This document shows positions 1-10,296 of a DNA stretch of 38,172 nt, one piece after another; position 1 is the first letter of the stretch, and each line of letters starts with the position of its first letter. Origin of the DNA: Chlorokybus atmophyticus (taxonomy: Eukaryota > Plantae > Mesostigma and Chlorokybus algae); contig RHPI01000029.1 in NCBI GenBank assembly GCA_009103225.1, forward strand, positions 1 to 38,172. Reading direction: 5' to 3'. The position numbers and the translations under genes were made by a program. The notes beneath the pieces were generated by a model, which was not told the origin of the DNA, did not search any database, and saw only the letters and a program-made list of their open reading frames with translations.

Positions 1-22
1 GTGTATTGTTTCGTCATCCGCT

Positions 23-3000
23 ATGACTTATGAGCAACATTGCGATTTGTCTCAGCATTGCGAATTGTGGGACGACTGCGATGATGTGCTTTCCTGTTGG
101 CAAGATGCACAACGTAAGTTTGTCACGCGAATGCAATGTTGTTTTTTGTGCGGGCATGTACAGTTTACTCTGCTGCTGCTACTTATCGTTCAATGTATCG
201 ACGATCAGTATCCACCGTTGCACCATATGATTTGGCTAATGTTTTTATGTCCGATTATACCAAGTGTGATAGTGATTACTACCAATGCCATCGATGTAGT
301 CACGGGTCGGAGCGTTCCAGTTATATTGTATTACACAACGCAGTGTACATTCGCAAGTTGTTGGAGATACATCCAATGGTAGTGCAGATGTTGTCCCTTG
401 TTAACACGTCCATGGCGCTTTGCGACTTATATAACTCATACAGTTTCACTTCGGGCCAAATTCAGCAGTTGAATATGATTAACGGTCCGTTTATCACTTG
501 GGATGAGTTTACACATCAGAACCAACATGCCATCTTGTTGCTGGAGTTGTTGAGCGAGCTATTATCGTCCAACACTCTGGTTCAGAAATATCAGGCCTTG
601 GCAGAACAACCATTTGGTTTTGACGGCATCCCCACTGTCGGTTCATCTACTATTCGTAGCATTGTGTCTCGTGCACAGGATCGTAATCCTTTGAACATTG
701 CTGGTGAATCAGCATACACATACGTTTTAACCACTTTGTTGCCATTTCCTTCGCGCAGCACAGTTGAAGTCACAGTGGACACCATGTTGCGCGTTGGACA
801 TATGTCGCTGCGTGAGCCTTGTGTTCCTCTTTTGATACACATGGATACAGGTGGTGTGTACAATATTCCTGGTTTAACTGTTGAGTCTGCTCTGTTTCCC
901 ATGTTGTTTCCGCACAATTGTGGGTTCTTTGATGGTAATGTGTACAGCAGACTGTCAGACTATGTCAAGTTCCGTCTTACACAATCGTTCTGTGTTTTCA
1001 CATTGTACAAGCCTTATTTGCTGTTGATGTACCAAATCCGTCAATCACTTCTTACAGTCAGAAAGTGCCGCGAAGTTGCTGTGGACGCTAATATTGAAAA
1101 GTTCCTCAAACACGACCTAATGCCACAATTAACGATGCCATCAAAAACGCTGTAAAATTTCGTGTCCCTGGTGACATCATTGGATCTTCGAGTTGGCATC
1201 GACAAAAGTTGAGTGAGCTGCTGTGTCTGGTTGAGCATTGGGGTATGCCTCATCTCTTTGTCACCATGACTGCAGATGAAGTGTCCAGTACCAAATTCCC
1301 TGAGATCATTGATTTGCAGAATGTTCTCCACAATGTCTCCACGCAACTTAGTTGGCGCGATGCCCCTGTGGAGTGCGCACGTTTGTTTCATCATCGGTTC
1401 AGCACCTTCTTTGAAGAATATATCATGCAAAAGGATATCCTTGGACGTGTGATGCACTATGTTATCAGGTATGAAACACAACACCGTGGATCTTTGCATG
1501 CACATGTTATGTTGTGGTTACATCCCGACGATGTTAAACGAGTTTGCAGTGAAATCACTGCGTTTATCCCCGGAGATTTTAACCATGCAAATCAGCAAAT
1601 CATTGTACCAACTGATTCTAAACTGCGAGTCCTTTATGAATATGTTGTACGCAAGCAAATGCACAAGTGTTCTGATGTTGGCAGTGGCTGCAGAGCATTT
1701 GACAATAAGTGCGACATGGGCTTTCCGTATCCCGTACAACCAGATCGTCGACCTCAGTTCAACACAGAAACGCGCAGGTACGATTATTACAGACCACGCA
1801 CTTGTGACCGCAATGTTGTTCCCACACATCCAGTGCTTTTCTTGTTGTGGGGTGCTCATTGTGTTGCAAGTCACTGACAGTCATTGGAGCAAGTATTTAG
1901 TCAAGTACACAACAAAAATGGAACCTTGTGGCACTGTTGATGATGCATTAGACACCAATGCACTCGGTTTGCAAGTATTGACTGTTAACGAATTGCGCAT
2001 ATTGAACACAATGTACTTGTCCAAACCCATTGCTCCAGCTGAAGCTGCTTTGATATGTTTGGATATTCCCATCATGCAAATGTCGTCCAATGTAACATAT
2101 GTTGACACGCATTTGCCTAACAATCGTTCTCGCATAGTGAACAGTCGTGCACGGACAGTAATTGTGCATCCCATTCATCGTTATTGTGTCAGGCCTGACG
2201 AGGTAGAAAGAGTCACAGTGTACAACTACTTTCGACAGTACATGCACCGAGATGGAGACACTGTGCCACATAACACTGTGCGTACTCTAAGAGACAGACT
2301 GAATGCATTCGTTTATGAGTTAGCTGTCCCGCGCATCATCAGATTCACGGATTACCATCCTGTACACAGCACTGAAGGGTTTTGTTTCAATTTGCTTCTT
2401 CAGCGGGTTACTTTTCGCTCTGAAGTTGATATGATTTCTTTGAACAACCAATCACGCACTTACTATAAAGAATGTGTGTTGCGGGGTTTCATCAACAACA
2501 CAAACCGCAGTTTGTTGACACATGTCACGCGCTATGCCGAACGTCATCTATACAATGATGTTAAGATTCACCATATGATGAATGCCATGATGCAGACCAC
2601 TGATAATGCTATTAATGCCTTGTCTATGGCTGCAGCTGGTCCGACAGACAGTCAAACTGCACCAGAACCTACTACGCAGTATCCAACAGCTTCATCATCC
2701 AATCCTGCATCTCCAGCTTCAACTGTGACAACGGACTCAGATGTATCGGCGCCAATGTTTCAAGGTACATTGAATGTTGAGGAGTTTGCGTTTGCGAACA
2801 ATCTCTCTTTGACCAGCCAGCAAGAATGCACCGCAAGTAGTATCATTGCAACACCGGTTGGTCTACATGTGATATCTGGTTGTCCAGGAACAGGCAAAAC
2901 ATTTTTGACCAAATTCATCACTCACAAGTTGCGCGTTGCTGGGATACCTGTTTTACTCAGTGCTACAACTGGCGCTGCGGCTTTGCGGCTCAGCTCATCA

Positions 3001-4514
3001 GCTTCAACTGTACATTCCAACTTCGCAATACCTGTCAACGGTCAGCAACTCCGGTTTGTAACTGCTATGGATGATGCTTACAAACTGTTACATCATTGTC
3101 GAGTATTTATTATTGACGAGTTTTCCATGATGACATCGCGGTTGTTTGACTTGGTGATGCTGCGCTTACAGCAAGTTCATGGACCAGAATTTCTACAAAC
3201 AATCGGCGTTGTATTGGTTGGTGACCACAAGCAACTGCCAGCAGTTTGTGGACACAAAGTCCAAGACACATCGCAGGTTTGCCACAAATGCCATATTTCT
3301 GCATCACAGAGGTGGCCATTACGTAAGCAACATTTTTTATCTGTTTCAGTGCGTCATGCTTCAGACCCTCTGTTTGCTGAATTCTTGATTCAGATTCGTT
3401 CTGGCATACCCAGTTCAACAGAGATAGCAGATGCGTTAGGTGGCTGTCTGGTCACTTCGGAGTACTTACAACAGTTACCAAGTGATGCAACCATATTGTG
3501 TTCACATGTACAAGACACACTGGCTTTCAACAGCATGATTGTGAGACAACGTTTTGCAGCCGATACCATTGTGCCAATACAAATTACTTCTAATGCAGTG
3601 AACGTGCCCGAGCTACACGACTGGATTCACAAGCCCAAGTTCAACTTATTACCTTCAGTCGCCAAGGGAGCAAAGGTGTTGGTTTTAGAAAACGTTTCAC
3701 TGCAAGATGGTGTAGCCAATGGGTCTTTGGGAACAGTGACGCAGTTTAGATACTACAAAGGTAATGTGAGCAGTTCCTGGGGATTGACGTTGATAATTGG
3801 TAAGTCCAGTTAGTGTTGCGCAATGGTGTGACATATGTTGCATCATTTGGCGATATGATACGATGTTGCGCAACGTTGTTTGATATCGACGCATATCGCG
3901 AGTGTTTGAGCATGTTAGATCGATGTTGCACAACATTGCACTACATGCTGCCAAGTTGGACGATATTGCTTTAGGCGACATGGTACGCTGTTGCGCAACG
4001 TTGTTTGATATCAACGGATATCGCATGATGTTTGTGCATGAATGAACGATGTTGCAAAACATTGCGTTATATGGTTCCATGTTCGACGATATGGAACCAT
4101 ATCGCGTAAGATGAACTGCATCTCATGACCACACTGTACGCATGTACGGTTTGATGACATGGCACATTCAGTTGATTGCCGTATCACCCGTCATCCAACC
4201 ATGCTTTGTATGCAATCATCTCCTCCACCCCATCAACTCTTCTGACCAATCCCATGGCGGCATGGCTTAGCACGTGGTGTTCTGCCGACACAGACCCTTT
4301 TCCTTGCCACGCAGATATACATAGGCAATATATCTGGCGCTGCTGTAAATGTACACCAGTTGAAACATCAAGTCGCAGGGCACTGTGCATACATGCCTGT
4401 CGCATCACCTGCCTCAGACACCTGCCCATCGTCGGAAACTGTCACCTCAGCCAGACACAGGTAACAACGTGGCTCAGTTGGCCTCTGTTTGATCTCGAAC
4501 CTGTGAGTCATTAG
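23..4514 (+). pseudogene. Helitron Rep/Hel transposase (HUH endonuclease + Pif1/SF1B helicase), spliced and frameshifted
   Basis: Intron 114-163 joins ORF 23 in frame to ORF 136. N-terminal ESALFPMLFP resembles Helentron E..FP.LFP. Rep motifs: GSSSWHRQKL..WGMPHLFVTMT, YETQHRGSLHAHVMLW (HUH), KYLVKYTTK (Y2). Helicase motifs: GCPGTGKT, IIDEFSM, LVGDHKQLPAV, KGAKVLVLENV..GVANGSLG. Frameshifts near 1115 and 1862; intron donor at 3761. Degenerate C-terminal motifs (PLFLA..IHR.Q; G..HTCLS.ITCL) at about 4290-4440. Confidence 0.9.
3864..4066. repeat. Imperfect direct repeat (period about 125 bp) inside the Rep/Hel intron
   Basis: Identical 24-mer TGTTGCGCAACGTTGTTTGATATC at 3864-3887 and 3989-4012, with similarity continuing for about 80 bp. 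Confidence 0.75.
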
Positions 4515-4553
4515 TTGGCGAGCGTTACATTGACAATGCACTTGGTTGACAGC

Positions 4554-5653
4554 ATGGACTTTAACGGAAAAGACCTGTTCGAGAGGCTCCACGCTCAAAT
4601 TTCCAATGACGAACCTGGCTCTAAGCGTCCACGTACCAGTAGCTCTGGAGGTGATGCGCCTGGTCGTCCGCTGACAGCGAAACAACTGGTAGCATGTGAC
4701 TCAGCAGGAATCACTCCCGACAAGCTTGAGGGGCTATTCACCAAGCCAGAGGCCGATAAGTTAATTCGCCCTGCCAAAGAGAGAGCTCAAGAGTTTCGCA
4801 TAAACCACGGGGACTCTATTGCAACTGGTGAGAAGCGGAAAATGTACACTGACACACTGTGGTGCATGTGTTAACTGATGCAAGTATGTGTAGGAACATG
4901 CATCTACTACCTCAGAAAGCTCGGCATCGACATTTCTGATGACCTGAAGCGCCAAGTAGCTTACAAGCTGTGGGACACTCTGATGCGCAAGGACAACCCA
5001 GAGCTTCCTGATAATGCAGAGCCAATTTACGCTAATCAGGTATGTATCAATGTGACACTGGGTCATTGGCCAAATACCTGTACTTAACAGATGTTTCACA
5101 GGTGTTCGAGCTGGTTCACATTCGCAAAGTTTGCAACTGGGAGACAGCGCGTTTCATGTCGCAAGGAAAGGCAGAAAAAATCATTGAGCAAATCAACAAA
5201 GCAGACCCAAGGGAAGCTCCAGTAGCAAATGTTGCTGCCAATGAGGTGTGTGGTTATCCAAGTTGATGATGGGATTACTGTGCTTGCCAAGATTAGTCGC
5301 GATGCGTGAGAATGCTATGGTTGCGTAGCAGAGTTCAACAACAATGGGCACATCAAGCCAGAACCCATGCAGTCGCTCCATCTTTTGTTACACTTCTGTT
5401 TTTGCATTGGCTCCCTTTGTTCATATCCTGTACCCGTGGTCTGTTGCCTTGCTTCTACTTCGCTACGCATATATGTTCCATATTCAACATCAATCTCGGA
5501 TGTGTACTGCAGCATTCATAGTACCATTGTTCTTTGCAGGTAAACGATGAGGTCCAGATGATCCTGCGATCCTCGGCAGCAAGAAACAGCATCAATGCCA
5601 ACACCAACATTCGCGCCTCTGCACGTAACTCAAAAAACGTGCGCAACCCATAA
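4554..5653 (+). CDS. Spliced gene of unknown function immediately downstream of Rep/Hel
   Basis: Exons 4554-4827, 4894-5039, 5102-5245 and probably 5540-5653. GT..AG introns (66 and 62 nt, plus a longer third) all keep the frame: MDFNGKDLFERL...IATGTCIYYLRKLG...ANQVFELVH...ANEVNDEVQ. No family recognised. Confidence 0.6.
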
Positions 5654-5661
5654 ACACAGGT

Positions 5662-6012
5662 GTGAAGTTTATCTACAAGTTGACGCATGTGGCAACACAG
5701 AAAGTATATATCGGTCAAAGTAACCACCCAGGTCGACGTTATAAGGAACATCGTAGACACCCGCCTAAGAAAATGTTGCCTGACTTAGATAGCAGTAAAC
5801 CTTTTGAAGAGCAAGTGCAGTTGGAAGTATTAGATAAAGGACATTGCAAGGCGCGAATAGATTGGTTAGAAGCTATGTATATCGCCCAATACGACTCTCG
5901 AGGGTGCAAAGGTTACAATATGGATGAATGCAACCCAGCGAGGTTCAAAGCATTTTGGGCGCGCCGACGTAGTGGTAGCGGTTTTGGCAATAAGAAAAAG
6001 AAAAAAGAGTGA
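5662..6012 (+). CDS. GIY-YIG endonuclease domain protein
   Basis: FIYKLTHVATQKVYIGQS (GIY-YIG), RRYKEH (conserved Arg), LEAMYI (metal-binding Glu), GYN (conserved Asn), basic C-terminal KKKKK. No ATG; begins at GTG or is spliced to an upstream exon. Confidence 0.85.
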   Translation: MKFIYKLTHVATQKVYIGQSNHPGRRYKEHRRHPPKKMLPDLDSSKPFEEQVQLEVLDKGHCKARIDWLEAMYIAQYDSRGCKGYNMDECNPARFKAFWARRRSGSGFGNKKKKKE

Positions 6013-6151
6013 AACTGGCTGTTGTTTGAGTAGGTCACCATGTGTGTTGGACAGTTTGTGTGACACCATGCTTTGGTGTCGATATAATCAATGGGTGCAT
6101 ATTGGTGGTGAGCTTCATAAATGTACGTATGCTACGTATGCAAGAACTCGT

Positions 6152-8828
6152 CATGCGACACTGCCCCATACCATTCCATATCATAACATACGGTGTCACA
6201 GCGATTGATATGCCAACATATGATGTCATATAGCAAGATATGGCAGAATGTAAAACGACGTCAATGGACATTGAGAGTTCCCTGTGCGTCATGTTAACAC
6301 ACGAGGAACACGGGTTCCATGATACAGGTCTACTCAGGGGGGGGGTGGCTGCGAAGGCCCAGCGCCAGCAGCACCGGTATTGTGTGTGTCAACATCCTCA
6401 TCATTGTCACTGCTGCTGAGTTCATATACAGGGAAATCGGGGAGCTCTACACCACGTCGTGGGCGCTGCATAAAAATAAGTTGAAAGCGGCGGCAGAAAG
6501 GACACTCAACTTGAGGGTGAGATCCTGTGCGCAGCTTCTTCAAGCACTGACGGCACAGTGTAGCTCCGCAACATGGCATTGGTAACAACACTTCCACTGG
6601 CTTCTGCTCGCAACAGATCCCGCATGTGTTGTCTTCACTGTCTACCACGCGCTTGCCCTTGTAGTCCTGGCGCACATGTTGCTGCATTTCTTCGGTTGTT
6701 GCTGCTTCACGCAGCAACGGGGCAACTGTGCAGAGGTAGGTACAAAGCTTCTCCCATAGTGTTTGGTATAGTTGCAGTTGCAGCTGCCTTTTAACATCTC
6801 TGCGATTGAGGAGCGATACCTGGCACACCAACCAATGAACACCAAGGTGTTGCATTTGTTGATAATTGTCATAATTGTAATTGTTCAGTACCTGTCCGTC
6901 AAGGTCGATCTCTTTCAACATGTATTTTGCCAAGCTGTCCAACTCCTTTCTGGTGACTTCCAGTTCCTGCTGGAAGCTCTCGAACTGCACGCCATCGGGT
7001 TCAACACGCTCAGGAAATCGCCAGTTTGCCGTTTGAAGACGCAGGACGCTTGTCAACTCTGAGATCTACAACAGAAAGTCAGTTGCTGGAAAATCTAACA
7101 GTGTAGCAACACACACCTTTTTTTGTGTGCAGCAATTGTCTGGTTGGATTCTCCAATCTGGCATTGCAGGCGCGCCAATCTTGCATCATTACGCTCATTG
7201 TGTTGCTGCAACTGTGTGGCCGTGCGCTGAACTTCTGTCAGCTGCTTGCGTAAACCCACGATGCTTGCTGCGTCTGCGTTTTTGACACTTTCTGCCATTT
7301 TAACGTGCTCAGCACGCTCTTCGTGTAATGCACGCTCCAGGTCAGCAGAGCGTTGTTCTGCAGCAGCATGGCCTGCACGCAGACCATTGATTTCACTGAT
7401 CACTTTCAACAGCTTTGCAGCGATCTGGGGATCAGGCTGTGTCTGGTTGCGGCGTAGCTGCTCTGCTTGCTTCAGGTTACGCTCACGAGGACTGTGTTCT
7501 CATCAACTAGTTTAAAATCTGCCAACAATGCCATCAGTGGTGTGTGTCAAAACAATGCCACAATTTCCCTTACTTTCATTGTGTAGACGAGCGTTGTTTT
7601 GTACTTCACGAGTCAGGTGGCCACTGAAGGTGTCGATAGCAGCACGCATAAGCTCAGGTGTAAATTGGTGAGTTGGCAACCGCGGCATTGCTTCCCCTGC
7701 GTTCATATAGTTCACGGATCAGGTGGGAACCTATGCAACGATCACATTGATCACCTGTTTCAGCGTCAGTGACATAAGACGTGGTGGGAGTATCAGGCGC
7801 CATAGACAAGTTCCTACGGCGCTTAGACGGAGTCACACGAAGACCTGTTGGGATACATGCATTCAATGAAACCGCTACTGTCACCACGAAGCAGTCACAT
7901 ACCTGTGGGCACCGTCAAGGCACTGGCATTGGAGTCTTCAATAAGATTAGGATCGTATAAGATTTCGACAGGGTGCAGAACATCATGCAGCGACGGTGGC
8001 AGGGGGGTTGGTTGCTGCAAAGGCCACGTTCCAGCAACTGGCATAAAGGCACCCACAGTAGGATTGAAGTTGTGTCGTGCCACTGCAGCCCGACCCTAAG
8101 TGGCAACAAGTACATAGATGATTACAATCCCACATAAGTCCATCCCATGTGCCATCATGCAAACAGCAACATGCACTCGAAGCAAATTGACAGTGACATT
8201 GCGCATTGTTAAACTCTCAAGCTGTGGAACAGTTTACTATTCAAACATGCACAATGCATGCTACCATGCAGGACTCACCAGATCCAACCAGTACTTTAGC
8301 AAGTCGTCTTGCTGTTGGCGTGTTAATGCATTGAAGGCGTCCTTGTGAACACCGCTAGTAAGGTGAGACCTGAAATTTTGCACTCCCACTCTGGCGATCC
8401 AGCCTTTGTGTAGGCCCGTGAGGTTGCAGCCATAGATGCAACGGACGAAGTAATTTTCGAAGGTGGCAACACGCCGAGAACCCGCCATGGACCTGAGAAA
8501 GAAGACGACGCAATGCACAAACGAACAACGCGGCCGCTAAGCTCGACAATCTTGGCGTCACTGCTGTCCAAGAGCTTGCATGCGACTTGGTTTCCGGGCC
8601 GTGGTAGTCATCGATCATATCGCCCGGGCGCGTATGATATCCCATCATACGCATGACACATTACGCACGAATCACAGTTTGACTGAATCTCTGTTAACAT
8701 GTTGCACAGGGAACTCACAATGTCCAGCGACGCCGCGCCATATTACGTCATATGACATCATATGCCGGCATATTTCGGCTGTGACAACACATGTTATAAT
8801 ATGGAACGATATGGTGCGATGTCGCATG
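6152..8828. repeat. Inverted repeat pair (6152-6231 / 8750-8828) bracketing the RING gene
   Basis: Manual alignment of rc(6152-6231) to 8750-8828 gives about 80% identity over 80 bp, including a 15-nt exact block ATATGACATCATATG. Confidence 0.8.
6334..8488 (-). CDS. Multi-exon coiled-coil + C-terminal RING-finger protein (putative E3 ubiquitin ligase); 1-2 junctions need a 1-nt correction
   Basis: First exon 8488-8279 (MAGSRRVATFENYFVRCIYGC...DL|GTGAGT). Further GT-AG exons (GRAAVARHNF..., GLRVTPSKRRR..., GEAMPRLPTH...), then a coiled coil at about 7500-7117. The last exon has CGIC-x12-PCCGATLCRQC-x13-CPFC. Frame discordances near 7490 and 7117. Confidence 0.72.
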
Positions 8829-9472
8829 GCATGTCGTAAGTGTTTGATTGGCAGAGTTCAGTTAAAATGTGACGGATAACCTCAGTTAATATGACGGAAC
8901 CGAAAATCATGTTTGATTGACCTGAACTGAAGCGCATTCCACGCAGGATACCATATGTGTGATATCCAACATATGCTGTTGAGCATATCGCGACATATGA
9001 TGTCGTATGCTAGCACATCATACGATATGTGATCAAGTGACGCCATATGCTGTGCTGCAAAGCCGCGCGTCGCGTATCATTCGGCGAGATTTGTTGTGAC
9101 TGGGCCGGCCGGCATAGTGCACCCAGACACATCACCGCGCACCACGCACGACGGCCCAGTTACATACGGCACCCGCGACTGCCGGGCTGCGCGGCCTGCC
9201 TGCCTCTCATTGGTTAGGCGTCAATAGGTATCGGCCGCTCGATCTGTCGCCCAATCAGCCGCACCGCTAGTTTTACATCAAAGAATCATGTTTGGTTCGA
9301 GGTCTTTTGTTTTACGACAAGTACCTGTTGCCTGTGACAGCAGCCATGGTCCGTACTTACGGATCATGGCTGGTGCGTCTCGTAAGGTAGTTTAGACCAT
9401 GTGTTTCACCGGCAATAAAAACTGATCGGCAATGTTAAAACGCTGCAAATTAACTGTGCTATGGCGGCTAAC

Positions 9473-9510
9473 TACGGTCAGCTGCGGCAACTAAGCCGCA
9501 GCTGACCGTA
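9473..9510. other. Perfect 16-bp hairpin with a 6-nt loop; candidate rolling-circle terminator
   Basis: TACGGTCAGCTGCGGC-aactaa-GCCGCAGCTGACCGTA, extended by GGCGGC(9463-9468)/GCCGCC(9515-9520). Confidence 0.85.
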
Positions 9511-10151
9511 TTGGGCCGCCGCTGCTTGTGGCCTGGCGGGCGGCCTGGTGCTCCACACCAAGAGCACCAGGCCACGCCGCAGAACTGGTCATGCTGGCCT
9601 AGTGGACGACCATGCTAGCACACCAGGCCAAGGGCTTGATAACCATGGCTGCCGCCCACGGCGCCTTAGTTCATACGACAACCACATTGACCACACAGGC
9701 CATGATGTTGGCCTACTGACAAATCTTGCTAACACATGATCATAGCAGCATACATGCAGTACAACAAGATGTTGATAAACAAGTGCAAAGCACATTTCCA
9801 AGTTGTATAGCTACCTGTACGACGAAACAAAAACACTACCACAAGCCTATACATCTAACCTATGCAATGTACATGTCAACAAGCAATGTACGCACACAAC
9901 AGGCGGCTGACAACCGACAGACACGAAAGGTATAAGCACATACAAAAGATACTTGTACCTCTTGCTTAGTATACAGCCCACTCCTCAGTCCCTCCTCCCT
10001 CCAAGTGCGGCCACATCTTGGCTAGTGGGTAGGGCGTGCACATCTGCATGTCTGCGCAAGCACGTGCATATGAGGACGGCAGTCGTCAGTAGCAGACAGT
10101 CACGGAAGAAACCGTCATTATACCAGAATACAAGATTCTCGACCCCCCCCC

Positions 10152-10256
10152 NNNNNNNNNNNNNNNNNNNNNNNNNNNNNNNNNNNNNNNNNNNNNNNNN
10201 NNNNNNNNNNNNNNNNNNNNNNNNNNNNNNNNNNNNNNNNNNNNNNNNNNNNNNNN
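10152..10256. other. Assembly gap (N run) inside a poly-C tract
   Basis: Run of N flanked by C homopolymers. Single Ns also occur next to G runs at 11726 and 12197. Confidence 0.99.
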
Positions 10257-10259
10257 CCC

Positions 10260-10265
10260 CCCCCC

Positions 10266-10296
<31 letters not shown>

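Larger units (their letters stand above)
1..9520 (+). mobile_element. Helitron-like rolling-circle element (Helentron/Helitron2-type); boundaries uncertain
   Basis: Rep/Hel gene at 23-4514, followed by tightly packed genes that share AT-rich 'atatgatgtc'-type spacer motifs. A strong hairpin at 9473-9510 may mark the 3' end. The 5' end is not visible in the window. Confidence 0.5.

Noticed and set aside
9200-9260. CCAAT-box promoter in a GC-rich patch
   Set aside because: Short motifs expected by chance; no linked transcription start or downstream gene can be shown.
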